A DNA stretch of 64,000 nucleotides from Phoronis australis (taxonomy: Eukaryota; Animalia; Phoronida), in NCBI GenBank assembly GCA_002633005.1, contig NMRA01000009.1, positions 853,169-917,168 of the forward strand, in the 5' to 3' direction. The notes under the pieces are model-generated. The model searched no databases and was not told the origin of the DNA. It saw nothing but the letters and a program-made list of their open reading frames with translations. The first letter of the stretch is position 1. Each line of letters starts with the position of its first letter. Below are positions 24,713 to 37,861 of the stretch, piece by piece. The translations under genes and the position numbers were made by a program.

Positions 24713-27700
24713 ATAGAACAGAACAATAATTAAAATGATGAAACAACACATAGTACATATGAAGACATGCTAATTTGTATGATAGGTGATAAATTAAAAA
24801 GCAATTTAGAACTTCCATATGAATTATGGACAACGGATGGATCATAACGAAAATTGCGCGCTCAAGCTGACTCTGTAATGTATTCACCCGCCAGCCTTAC
24901 ACCAGTTACACAACGCCGTACTTTCACAAGCACTTCTACATAAATGTATGATAGTGTATGTACTCGTTCATTTCTGTGTTTTCTGTTCTAATCGTAGATA
25001 TTTTGTTTTTTGTTTTTCGTAAAATATGGATTTCCCGATTCAGGCTAGGTAAGAAAACACAAACATAAAGAAGTTTAATACTGATGAATTGTAGGTCAAC
25101 CCAAAAAGTATCGCCTACAAGCAAGGCATGAGGCCGGGGGATGAAGTCCTTATGATAGACAGTGGCTCAGCTATAAATATGACTCACGCCGAAGCAAAAA
25201 TGGCAATACTGAGAGCAGGCAACGAATTGGATTTTACTTTAAAACAGTAAGTACTTCATCGTACTCTTTCTGTCTGTCTTGTCATTAGAAATCCCTGGGA
25301 AGTTAAGCTGAAGGCGTAAATAAGGAAATGAGAGCTTCACAAAGGTTACTTTTTGAGATGAAAATCTTTCTTCGAGGTCCAGTTTTGGTCAAGCGATGAC
25401 CAGAAGAAAAACTAAAAGCGAAAACTAAGGTAAAGCAAATATTCTAATGAACGACATGTATTCAGCCAATGCATACGTGCAAACTGGACTAGTGCATCCA
25501 CAGAGTATAAACCCTCTTCCATATCACATCAAAGCAAATAAAAATGAGGTATTTACGAATTCGACTTGCAACAGAATGTATAAATGTCAGGAAGCACGAG
25601 AAAATCATATTCTAAGTTGTTGCCAATGGTTATTCGTATGAGATCAAGGCTTTGCATAACCATCCGGATGATTAAGGTGCTTCAATGAATTGGCTAATCA
25701 TAGGTCTCCTTAATCACCTGAAATCCTGCAATGCAGTCTTGCATCCAAAGTAATTCTCACTGGCGAGAGCCCTACATAACAACTTTTATCAATATCAGTG
25801 CATCCTTGTGTATCTTATATTTCCATGGAGACTCTTATACGCGATAAATTTAACAGAAAGCGTTTTAATAGGTGTTCCCAAGCAATGATGTTTTTTGTTG
25901 ATGACGGCCGAGCAATTTTGTAAACTCTGATTTCACCTTTTTGAGTGGGTACGTTACATATGGGCCAATAAAAAGATACTTCAAGAAACTCTGACTTGCT
26001 TTCGCTCATGAGGAAATGAGCAATTGGAAAATTCTTTACTATAGAGCTATGATCCCATATTGCCCTGATATGACGACTGAACTCAAACAGAATTCCCATG
26101 CAGAGTAGTTGAAATGACGAGTCATAACGGGTCATAACGAGTCATAACGGGTCCCCTCGTGGCACGATCGGTGTAGGAGAACTCAAAGAGTCCCTCTGAA
26201 CTCGATGTCAGTGACCTCCATGTATTTGAATGGAGCATCCGGACGCCGGTTGAATAACCGTTTCGTATTTTGGCGTTCAAATGCAACTTTACAACACCGG
26301 AATTGTAGTTTGTTTTGGCGTTAGTTTGACATGCACAGTAAAGTTAAGTGAAAGAAGCTCAGCGAAAAGGTCTTCTGGGATTCTCAAGCCTCAGGGTGTG
26401 TCATATGGAACATTAGGCGCTACATATGATTTCACAGCTGGTCAACTATGAACGCTTCTTACCGGTTGAGATTACAATAGCCACTTAATGCGACGCTTGG
26501 ACTGCTATGACCACCATTTGTTTGGGGATCAGCGATGGTTGTCAGCGATAACCGCTGCCTGTTGTGGAGACATTTTCCTCGACCATTTTAAATACTACGA
26601 TCGGATTATAAAAAATAAATCTGCCATGGGAGCTTGAACATTTCCGTTGCTTGAACTGCTAAAACCGGTTAATTACAACATTGCAGATTGATATGTCTTT
26701 GCTCGGTGTAACCTGTCTGCGCAATACAACGGGACGACTTGGCTTGAGCCCACCACTGCAAAATAGATCGCTTATCTGAGAGATCTCAAGACCCCCAAAG
26801 AATGCAGTGAAACTTGAATGGGGGAGAGCATCACGAAAAAGGTTTTCTAGTATTCCAAATACAAGTCCAGGCTACTGGTCTTTAACAAGTTTCTCAGTTT
26901 CATTATATAGACCCATCCAATTCTGAAAAACACCGGACTTAGTCTTTCATGGTCGACTAAGATTCGAATGGACCGGTAAAGGTATCTTAGAACATAAATT
27001 GAAGTTGAATGCTTCCCCCTTGTTCACAGAAATAAAAATACATTCGAGGATTTTCCCTTGGTTGGTAAGTGGCCCATCGTGTGTGCCTTTTACAACCCTA
27101 ATTTACCTATATTTGGGGTGGGGGCGCGGCTGTGAGCGGGAAATTCCCGGTAATAAGGAAATATTCAAAAGAGGAAAAAGGCATTCAGATAAAGTAGTAT
27201 TTTATGTGAGAATATGTCACTAAACTACTTCTCAGTTTCATGAGATTTTGTGGGGGAAATAAGGCAGGCAGTTTTGTAAGTCATCAGATTGTAGAGATTC
27301 AGTCTTTTGCCTATCCAGTTACCTGAACAACTTTGCATAAATATTTCTACAAAATACTACGCTGTATCTAAATAGTACAGTACGACGCCTTGTTTAGATA
27401 AGCGATGAGCCGACTGAGGCCAGATGTTTAAATACAACGAGTAAGACACAAGGATTCTGTTTTCACGCATTAGTTACCCATTGCCGTTATGTTCTCTAAT
27501 GTAACTTCATTCCATTGTGTTCTAGAGGCGCAATAGACATGAGTAACCCCATATATGGAGGAACGCAGGAACAAGCTGAACCACGGTCCGTAGTGGAGGA
27601 AACTTCAGCTTTCAGTACTCACAAGCCTGCTAGACATGTACAGTCCAGGTCCTTCCAAATGCTGTCACAACACTTAGCCGAGTCCGAAGCAGGAGGTGAG

Positions 27701-30700
27701 CTACAGTATTTGTTCAACGTGAAAACTCACACCGACACTTTTGCCTAAGGACAGTCACACAGCGGCAATTCGTTTCACTAAAAACATTTTGTCAAGCCTA
27801 TAACCAGCAATTTCTACTTCTCCCCAAGAGCACGAAATCTGCCCAAGAGATATAACACTCTTTCCAAGTTGAAAAGCCGAAATTCGCTACACCATCTTTG
27901 TTCTCATAATGGCTGCCAGGATAAGCCGACTGCGATGAAATTATGTTATCAAAAATGAGTTTGTTTGTCACAAACCTTGCGACAATCGTAACACATGTGA
28001 CTGCATTATGCATGCTTATTCAGACTTAAAAGTAACATGCATGTTACTCGGAAATCACCAAAACGTTAAAAAAATTATTTCCATGGCAGTCTAATACAAT
28101 GAGTTATAAATAACGTACAGTATAATATAAGAGAAAAATAATATAATGTAATATATGATGGGGTAATATGAATGAGATAATTACTATGAGGTCAGAAAGA
28201 GACGAAAAAGATAAGTATAAGAAGTGACATGAAAGATAAACATTGAATAAATAAATAAATAAAATTAGAAATAAACTTTGAATTATCACTTCTAAATAAC
28301 AAGGTGAAGTTTAAATTGATGTTTAAAGGTCGTGATATGTGTCATGTCCCTCAGATGGACAGGAAATATTCCACATAACAAATGTAGAGGTCAAAAACGT
28401 TTGCAACCCACTGTTACGTAAGTATGTATCTATTTATCATAGTCATGACAAGTACAATTATTCCAAACAGTTATAGATATAACATTCGTAAGAAAGATAA
28501 GTACCCAGCCCAATTGGGCTTATTAGTCACTGTAACCACACAACTCAGATGAACCATAAATGCGGCGGTTTCTAAGTTCAAAGGCAGACTTGATATATTT
28601 GGCGAATTTCCTAGCGAAATACGGAAACAACAGTTTTAATGCATCCAGCCTTCTGATGTCTGAAACTGAATTTCGGTACTTGAAGTGAAACATTATGAAA
28701 TAGAATAGACCTCAATGAGTTAAAAAGTGAACAATCAAACACAAAAATTAGCCCATTCTCTACAGAATCAGTGTCACAACACATGCAAAGTCTTTCGTTG
28801 ACAAGAATGTTTACATAACGACCAGTTTCCAAGTGCAATGGGAGATTTCTTGCTCTAAACTGGGCCAAAAGAGATCACTGGGAACGAGATAAATTAAGCT
28901 TCGCATACGGTTCGGTTAAAAACTCGGGCTCAGAAATAAAATACAGGGGCTTAACTTGGGTTTCATTACAACAGACTCAGCCCAAACATGATTCGAGTAT
29001 TCAAATAGTTTGCTTCTAGCATCTACTCCGCTACAAGTAGTCATTTTTTTTAAACAAGAGTGCATGCCAATTACGTTAAACAAATTTTTGATTCCGTCCA
29101 TCCAACCCTTTCTACCAACAGAGTACTCCCATATAAATACCTTTTCCAGTAACCTATCACCACCTGTGGTCACTAATTTGTTCCAAAGACGTAACGTGTT
29201 CAATTTAAATCTATTTCCGGTCGAGTCCCACCACATGTCACCACTATAAGCTTGAGTGTCTGTAAATCGGTGAAACAAAAAGCATAGCTCTGTTTTGATT
29301 ATTTTCATTATTAACAATTTTTTTGCCACCCCAAACAGATGACCCGCAATCCAAAACTGGTGCCGCACACGAATTAAATTATGTTTTGAAACATTTAAAA
29401 ATGTTTCAAATCCTAAATTCTTGTTAACACGAAATGTTGAGCATATCTTCCCCAATGCTCTACCAGAAGCTTCAGATAACGTATTCAAGGTGTTGATCCA
29501 GAATACCGCCTAAATAGGTGTATGAGGATTTATAACTGATGACACTGTTCAAAATAAATTCAAAATTGCTTCTAGGCATAGACGTAGCTCGAAAATGGAC
29601 AACATTGGTTTTTGCCATGTTCACAACCATTCTCCACTTTTTATACCAGTTGTTTAAAACCTTCAACATATCTTGCATGTCATTTTCATTCTCAGACAAA
29701 AGTGCAATATCGTCGGCGTGACGAAGAATTGAAATATTATTTGGGCCATATGTGGACACCTTTAATTTTTTTTTAATTTTCAGAGCTAAGTCATTTATGT
29801 ATATAAGACAAAGAGTGTCGGTAATAAAACTTCCCGAACACCATCTTCAGGAGTGAACCAACCACTCTACAGGGTGCCATTTAATCGGATTCAGTTCAGT
29901 GGTTTTCAGTAAACGATAATCAGTGCATCATATTTCTATCATTAGTATTATTTTGCAGTAATTTATAAAACAGAAGTTCATGGTTTCTCCAGTCAAAAGA
30001 TTTTTTTCATTTCCACAAATATCACAAATGTAGAAAGGTTAGACGACCTTTTTGTTTGAATAACTGATGACAGGACGTACATATGATCAATACAAGATCA
30101 TTGGATTCGAAAACCATTTTGCTCGTCAACTAATATATTTTTCTATTCACAGAAACCCACAATTATATTATTCAACACAGTACTGAAGAGTTTATAAATA
30201 TTTGACACACCCGTAGCCAGCATTGCGTCGGGGGTGGTTCGAATTTCTGGAACGGTGGACCTTTGATATTTTGCAAACGTCGACACTGAGCGGTTTTCGG
30301 CAGGGCCCTTGACGCAGCTTAATTGGGGGGCGTGGGGATCTGTATGCGCAACGATGACTCTCAGCTCTGTCTTCTTGAGATGAAACGGAATTCGTAATAC
30401 CAGAAATGAGGGTTGCTCGCAAAGAGTAGGACTCAAATTCGGATGTCATGTGGTCCAGAAAGAGAACTTTCTCGCGTTGCCTCCTGCCAAACTTTCAAAT
30501 CATGCGTGCTTGTATGAGTGATTACACCACATTACTTACTTGAACGGAAACATTTAGCAGGAGAATGAGTTGACGAAAATTTTTATCTGGTTGTAGTTTT
30601 GCGTGTTAATTAAGTTGTTTACATCGCAGCCCACTATTCAGAAGGTTCACTCTTTTCAAGGTTCACTATTCCGAAGGTTTACTACTTCGAAGGTTCATTG

Positions 30701-33700
30701 CTCCGAGGGTTCACTACTCCGAAAATATCTAAAATTTCTGACTGAGGTGTAATTTATATAATCTTACATGAAAAAATAAACGATACTTCAATTATTAGAT
30801 GCACTGAGTGGTGTATCTATACCGAAAACAACGCCCGGATTTCATGCGCATGCGAAATTGCCTGGGTCTGGGTGTCTTACGAATATGGAGAAATAAGTAC
30901 GTACTTGCATTTTTAAAAGAATATGAAGTAGGGATAATAATGAATTATCAACCACTATACATTCATCAAAACCATGTCGTTTCACAGCGCAACTGAAAAG
31001 TTTAGGGCCGCTGCGATTCAACCTCACCCACCGGAACCATGCGCGCGGCGGGGTCGAAACTAAATGTACATGTAGTTAGTAGGCTACCCTGTTCCTGCCA
31101 GTCTCCAGAGAGTCCTATTCAGACTACTTAAATTCAAAAGCGCTGTTGGTCGCCGCAGCCTTGAACCGTGCCCCAGACGTTGTCCCTGCTTGAGAATGAG
31201 TCGTTAGTTAGATTCAAGAATCACGATTGAAAGTGATTGGAACTGAGCTCATTTGTAAACAACGTAATCATGTTTTAAGAGCTATTCAACTTTTGCATAC
31301 CCTTTAAACGGTTAATAAATGGACACAAATGCAATATTTCATTCAAGTCAGTTCCGACTTATTAGAAGACAGTCCGAGTAATGAACTATCGGAATTCTGG
31401 ACTCGGAATTGTGGACATTCGAAGAAGTGAACTTTCGAAGGTAACGAAATTTCGGAGTAGTGAACCTTCGAAATAGTGCCATGTAACCTTGGAAATCTTT
31501 TCTATCAAGTTTGTTGCTCTAATGACAGTCTGCGAGCCTGTGAACCATTGACACTGATTGACAAGAAAACACTTTCTTCATTTTATTAGGTCTAGACCTG
31601 CTTTCCGTAACAATGTGAACATGCAAGAAAACATGGTAGTTAAATGTCTGGTTTTTGAACAACCACGAAGACTGCCTGTAGAGAACTTTCCGCCGGCATC
31701 TACTGGAAACGCACACATATGTACACGCGTGCATGTCAATCCACCAATCCACAATCAAAATGGACACTGGATGAACAACATATATGACGATCACTTTCAA
31801 TTCGAAATTTGAAAATGCCTGCACTTTACCGTACTGTGCTATCACTGAGTACACCAACGTAGCAGATAACAAACATTTTCTGCTGTTTTGTTTCTTGGTC
31901 GATTTTAAGGCATTTAGACCGCTTGGGAGCTCTCTCGCTGCTAAATAGCTTAGCTAAGCATAAACATTTACGTCTAGACTCCCTTGGTACTCTATGGTTA
32001 AGCCACCACGCGCATTCAATGCCGATGAATAACATAAAGCCTCCTGTAATCGTCTGCACGATCCTGTCATCTACTCAAACACCACTCGTGCAAAGTTGGC
32101 CGGGTACGGCCCGTTGATTAGGTGACGCGTTTTGATAAGAGTCAAATTCAAAATTTTTACTAACTTAGTTGTCATTGTAGTTTGTAGTTGTGCCAGTAGC
32201 TGCAACATTTTTTTATTGTTGTAGCCATCTATGCCCCCCGGCTACGGGCCTGTTAACGTCTGCAAGATCGTCTTCTACTCAAACACTACTCGGGCCAAGT
32301 TGGCCGGGTACGACCCGATGCCAGGTGAAGCGCTTTGAATCAGGGAGCAAACCTCAAAATATTATCAACTTAGTTATCATTGTATGCAGTAGCAGTTGCT
32401 GCAACAATCTTGTTGTTGTTCATCTACTTCCTTAACGGATATGACGAGGCTGGATCTTTTCCGCGGGGGAGGGGTTTTATCGAACCCCTCGAACTCCCCT
32501 GGCTACGGGGCCTGATTTGAGAGAAGACTAGTCACACGGTAGTTCAAAGGTATTCTAGGGTCGTCTGTAGAATTCTTAGGTATCTGGATTACAATTGCCT
32601 TATACCAATCAGAAGGCATTAGATCACGTTTTAAAGATGTATTAAACAATTGGTTAGAAAAACCAAGAATAACTTCGAAGCTAACACCTCATAAGGTATA
32701 CAGTCATAGCCGAGGGCTCTCTTATTCTTTGTTTACATAACATATTTCTAACCTCATCAAAAGAGCTTTCACAATTTAAGCCATGATCAATTATATTAGA
32801 ACAATCACATTCTAACTGCTTACGCAAATTCAAGGTTTCCAAATAAAATTCATCATCAATTCAGAACTGTTTTTAAATAATTGTTCGTAATCATTTATTT
32901 AGATCAAAATTTCTATCAGAGTTTATTTTATTATTTGAATCCAAGCCTTCCAGGAGAACGCTAAACTGCTTTAGTCTCAATTTTTAACATATGCCCAGAA
33001 ATCGTTAGGATTTTCCGTATTCAGATTCTCAATTTCAACCTGAACTTTCAACTGGTAAGAATCATTCGCGCATTTATTTTTTTTGTCAAATTTATATTGG
33101 TCAGACAAGAATAATTGTAATTTTGTAATGTAACCAATTTATATTGGTCAGACAAGAATAATTGTTTTGTAATGTAACCAATTTATATTGGTCAGACAAG
33201 AATAATTGTTTGTAATGTAACCAATTTATATTGGTCAGACAAGAATAATTGTTTGTAATGTAACCAATTTATATTGGTCAGACAAGAATAATTGTTTTGT
33301 AATGTAACCAATTTATATTGGTCAGACAAGAATAATTGTTTGTAATGTAACCAATTTATATTGGTCAGACAAGAATAATTGTTTGTAATGTAACCAATTC
33401 CCACATCCTCATTAACTTCTTGAAAGTTGTTCTTCAATGCACTTTAATATTTTCCACAATTCGTTAAGTTCCAAATTCCGATATGGCTGATTCCTTTTAA
33501 AATACGTTCTAAGTTTACGGCTCGGATAATAATCCAGCAAGAATTCCATTTCTTTATTAATAAGTCAATAAATGATTGATATAATTTCTGAAGTTGGTTC
33601 TGATGTTTATCAGATAACAATAATAAACAAAAAATTTCTTCATCAAATGTCACGCTATTCCTAAATTCTGCCGGGATATTAGAGTTGTCATATTTACGTT

Positions 33701-34672
33701 TTTAGAAAGAGTAGTTGAATCTAAAGGTGTGTCGATACCAGGTAAACACACACCAGGCGATACCAGGTAAACACACACCAGGCGATACCAGGTAAACACA
33801 CACCAGGCGAGGAGATATGAAACCTTAAATCAAGAACAGAATGATCTGTTGATTTACATCTCAACCCAATCAATGCGTGGATATCTAGCATATCAAATAA
33901 TATCAGAAATCTTAGGAACAGAAAACGATACACAAGTCTTCAAATTACTTTGGTCAGTTAAAATATCTACTACAACACCATTGCCTCTACCCGAGACAGA
34001 GGTATAGTTGCCATATACTGCCACTAACAATATCTAATTTCGAATCTTTCAAAAAGTCAACCCTAGATCGATTGGTTTGAAAATCTATCACCTGTTTTTG
34101 GCCTACTTCGTCAATATCTTGAATGAAATCTAGTTTTCACCTGTTCTTGCGTTAAAATCCCCATAGATAAAGAAATGGTCAACGTCACTGAAGTTATACA
34201 ATTGATTGATTAGATGAGAATAAATGTCATCAATGTTCAGCAGACCAGGCACTGAGTTCACGCCGACGGGAACCTGTCCTAAAAATACGGGTGGATTTCG
34301 TTGAATTACTGTGCACACGACTTTACAATAATACGTAATAATACTACTTAGAATAATAGGTGCTACATAAATAAATATAGAAATTAATAACCCCATTTTA
34401 TCATTTATGTCAATCTTGTATTACTTTAAATCTGTTATTGGTTTTTCAATGTTAGTTGATCACACATTGTCGTGATGACGTTTAGTCCAAGCTTTGTGAC
34501 GACCTTCTAAAATGGACTATATTAAGCGGTTTCGTTATTTTTAGAAGTTCTGCTATTTTATCTTACAGGTGACAGACCAGAATCTATCATGGATAAAAAT
34601 TTAGAAGAACGAGCCTCTTATCTCTTGCAAACGGAAAGCAGTATTCAAAAGCCTTATGGTAGCAAGCAGTAA
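19492..34672 (+). CDS. PDZ-domain protein of the PDLIM/Zasp/Enigma family, short LIM-less form, 180 aa, 4 exons
   Basis: Exons 19492-19608, 25095-25246, 27526-27695 and 34569-34672 total 543 nt with compatible phases. Translation: MAAPGDVVLIQLRR..PWGFRLHGGIDQNLPLYVQK / VNPKSIAYKQGMRPGDEVLMID..MTHAEAKMAILRAGNELDFTLK / ..VQSRSFQMLSQHL.. / ..QKPYGSKQ*. The last exon is the least certain. Confidence 0.85.
24655..24712. repeat. (AGC)n microsatellite ending in (AGT)3
   Basis: Pure AGC run directly visible; intronic. Confidence 0.95.
30206..32514 (+). mobile_element. Composite hAT-like non-autonomous element, copy 1 (inserted in the LINE RT)
   Basis: Termini CACACCCGTAGCCAG / CTGGCTACGGGGCCTG with flanking duplication ATTTGA (30200-30205, 32515-32520). 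Excision restores the LINE peptide SLLSNIYKLF. Colinear with 37862-43235. Confidence 0.85.
30620..31487. mobile_element. Nested MITE with subterminal GGTTCACTA(T/C)TCCGAA tandem motifs in inverted orientation
   Basis: Array at 30630-30725 and reverse-complement array at 31420-31480. The same nested element is present in copy 2 (~38280 and ~42350). Confidence 0.65.
33088..33398. repeat. 43-44-bp minisatellite, ~7 copies, inside the LINE
   Basis: TTTATATTGGTCAGACAAGAATAATTG at 33091, 33138, 33182, 33225, 33268, 33312 and 33355. Confidence 0.95.
33733..33810. repeat. 25-bp tandem repeat, 3 copies
   Basis: CGATACCAGGTAAACACACACCAGG x3. Confidence 0.9.
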
Positions 34673-35354
34673 AAAGAGCACTTCCAGACGAGCATGCGCA
34701 CGATGCATGCAATGTTTCTTGCGATCTAGAGAAACAAAAACATATTCTGCCTTGAGCCAAAAACTACAACGTTGCAATAAAATGAAGTTAACAGCTGCGA
34801 TGTCAATTATTTACATACAGATCTACGATCACAATGCTGTTTGAAGGTATACGGTGTTCTCTCCCTGCATCTATCAAACATAGTGCTACGCAGTGGTTGA
34901 AATGTTTTGCATATTGTTTGGAAATTTTGGGCCATGTTTGAAAAGCCCGAGTTTTGTCTGAAAATGGCTGAAATCGTGATAAATAGCCGTACTTGTTTAT
35001 ATTATTTTAGTGCTCAGCGAATGAAAAAGGTGTATCTTTAGCTGTTTTTTTTTTGAATTAACAGAAAGGGAAATTGGGACGCGAAAACATGACGCGCAAT
35101 TTGCACCATGTTTGAAGTCTTGCTCAGGGAGAAGCCTAGTATATGCATTAAATGGCCGAAGGGTCCAACCTTCAAATAACCGTCGAATGTGCTAACGAAG
35201 CTAATCTAAGAAATTGTTAATGCTAACAAAATAAACATAGGGAGCTAAGGAGATACAAAGAACAGTCTTGTTATTTGTCACTAGTCTCTTTCTATGCATT
35301 TTAATGCAGGCATATACGATTTGTATCGTTTCAACTGTAAGATTTTAATATGAA

Positions 35355-35366
35355 TTTATTAATAAA
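35355..35366. terminator. Candidate bidirectional polyadenylation signal
   Basis: Palindrome TTTATTAATAAA gives AATAAA on both strands between the convergent PDZ and GPCR genes. Confidence 0.4.
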
Positions 35367-35490
35367 TGTGAATGCAATTTTTATGGGCACAAGATTTTTT
35401 GTCGCATATTTTCCATAAATATTATGAATACCATTATATTTTTTCCACCGAGTATTTCCAGTGAGTGTACTGGTCGACATCTAACTTACA

Positions 35491-36546
35491 TTACAATGTA
35501 GTGCACTCGTACGTTGATTCGGTGCATTCCGATGAAAATTTTCTGTCTTTCATGCATCCCGATGTTATTTGGGGCAATGGCGTTGTCTCTTGTCGTTTTG
35601 CCGATAACTTTAGTTTATGGCAGTTTTGTATTCCTAGTAAACTAGTAAAGGCAGAGCGAAATTTTGGGAGGCGGAAATGATAAATTAGAGGATTTACACA
35701 TGAATTCATTGTAGCTAACAAGTAAGAAAACAGGCGCAAGTAATCTAGCGCAGTTGATTCCGTTTTGGGAGACAAACATAAAATAAATGTAACAAAACAC
35801 AGTGGGAACAGACATATGCAGAAGAGTCCAACCACTAGGCTAAATGTCTTCACTGCTGGTAAATTGCGAATAACATTGGCGGTCTGGTGGTATTTGGTTT
35901 TTACATACGCCAAGTGAAACAGCTTGATATATATTACAACGATCGCAAGAGATACTAAAATTGTTTCCCCTGACGCAAACAACAGGTATTCTGGTACAAA
36001 CACTTTGAGATAGGCGCATTCGATACCCTCGTACCACCTGTTGACACCACAGAATGGTAATAGTCCTGTAACCAGACTATAACACCAGACGCACGAGCAC
36101 ACCTTAGCTACCTTGCGTGACGTCACGATAATGGGGTGGTGCAAAGGTTTTGTCAGTCCGATGCACCGGTCGACGGCTATGCAGAAGAGAAAAAGCACAG
36201 ACGATCCGGTAGAAACGTAAAACGAACAATATCGCAGCAAACATAAAGCGTACACACTTTTTAACTTTGGCCAGATGTTCAGTACAGTTTGTATGGAAAG
36301 TCCAGAGAGACCCACTATAAAGTCAGCCAGACTTAGGTTCACAACAAAAATGTTGCAAGGAGTTCGCAGCCGACGGAATTTTGCGTAAGCAACGATAACT
36401 AAAAGATTACCACATATTGCTATAATAGAGATTAGAACCTGTAGCGATATGAGAATTGTTCTTTGCGGCTCTTCTTCAATGATCGTTTCCAGAAAATTTT
36501 CAGATGTTATATTCTCCGACCTTTTATCCATTTTTGACGTCGTCAT
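35491..36546 (-). CDS. Intronless class A (rhodopsin-like) GPCR, adenosine/biogenic-amine-receptor-like orphan, 351 aa
   Basis: Seven hydrophobic segments. Motifs: GNLLVI (TM1), NLSLADF (TM2), Cys at the top of TM3, CIAVDRC (DRY site), TM4 Trp, ECL2 Cys, FCICLFP (TM6), NSCVNPLIY (TM7), helix 8 FRSAF. Confidence 0.95.
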   Translation of the reverse strand: MTTSKMDKRSENITSENFLETIIEEEPQRTILISLQVLISIIAICGNLLVIVAYAKFRRLRTPCNIFVVNLSLADFIVGLSGLSIQTVLNIWPKLKSVYALCLLRYCSFYVSTGSSVLFLFCIAVDRCIGLTKPLHHPIIVTSRKVAKVCSCVWCYSLVTGLLPFCGVNRWYEGIECAYLKVFVPEYLLFASGETILVSLAIVVIYIKLFHLAYVKTKYHQTANVIRNLPAVKTFSLVVGLFCICLFPLCFVTFILCLSPKTESTALDYLRLFSYLLATMNSCVNPLIYHFRLPKFRSAFTSLLGIQNCHKLKLSAKRQETTPLPQITSGCMKDRKFSSECTESTYECTTL

Positions 36547-37861
36547 GGCACTTTTATAGGATGAATTATAATCCCATTCAAGTTTTCATCGGTTATGTTC
36601 TCCTAGCAACTTTACAGCGTCCAACTCGACACATCAGCTTTAGAGTCATTCATTTAAATTTTGAGTCGCGCAATCCGCTCACATGTTTAAGACATCACGG
36701 CTACCTCCCAAGTGCGTATTCACAGAAAGACACACTGTTTTATACGACACCCGTTTTCACACTAATCCGGCTTCATATGTTACCATGGTGAATCCCAAAG
36801 CTAATGTGACGCAGTGTTCTACAGCTACATTATGGTAATCGTCAGTCGTGTAGTGTTGTCTCCCTTGTAATGCTACGCGCCGCCGTAGTATCTAGATGTT
36901 GTTCGGCGTTGCTTCCCTTAGCGAGTTGATCTATGTAATATTATAATGCAACTCTTTATCACGTAGATGTTAATAAGCAAAACACAAGACTGTTCATCCC
37001 ACCAGCATTGATTAAACAATAACACCACCTGGTGGGCTTTCCTAAGCATTCGATCAGTCAAGGTCGCAATAGGAACTATTTTAAAACCACAAAAATTACA
37101 CAAAAATATGTACACTTATCTGCTTTCATATATTATCGTGGAGCTTACTCATTGATTTAAAATCATGTTAAGAATCGAATTTCGTCGAACAATTTTGCTC
37201 CACACAAAACCGCTTGCAATATTCGCATATTTCGTTCTTAGCGTACAGACACAAAACATAACTTGTGTGTTGATTTGCTGTGGCTTACAACACAAATTCG
37301 AACATCCACACGGAGTACTCACTACTTAATTGATTTTGTACGCGGACTCACGAAATGGTGCAAAGTTGAGGACATACGTTTGGCTTCTATTAGTGGGTTA
37401 TGGCGTCATGTGGCCATTCAGCTCGAAGCCCATTTGGCGAAGTGGGCAAAAAGGTTCGCCTCAGAGAAACAAAAAGTCCGTGGAAACAAAAGTCCACTAA
37501 ATTAAAAAGGCGCAGACGCACAGTTCACAGTACTGAAGGTGGTACCCCGTCTTTATTAGTCCTCCAGCTTTTTTCTTAGCAAAAGGTCCACTTGGCCAGA
37601 AAGTCGAGCCCCCCAAACTAGAGACTGGGTGCGTGCAAGGTGTTTGGATACTTCACCGACTTGGCGATTCAGTTGAATATAGGTTCAATAATTTAAAACT
37701 GTTTTTAGGAGAGGTACCGGTATTCAGATTCGTCGGAAAATCAATGTCAGTACTGATCTCAACAATTGCGCAATCCTTCGCCGACCTTGTTAGATATAAA
37801 TGCAGGCACAAAAACCGGCACTAAAGCTCGCTATTTTGGCATAGATACGTCATCTCATCAA

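Larger units (their letters stand above)
28420..34330 (-). mobile_element. Decayed non-LTR retrotransposon (APE endonuclease + RT; RTE-X/CR1-like), interrupted by insertions
   Basis: Minus-strand fragments in the expected order: GDFNARTG (~34150), PSDWYKAIV..PK..DPRIPLNYRVTSLLSN (~32520-32620), NIYKLF..LVDEQNGFR..SCIDH (~30080-30205), ILRHADDIALL (~29710), YTYLG, LPLHLETGRY..ERLCMCC (~28780-28850). Many stops and frameshifts. Confidence 0.88.

Noticed and set aside
24600-24887. Poly-Leu ORF on the minus strand
   Set aside because: It is only the translation of an intronic (AGC)n microsatellite.
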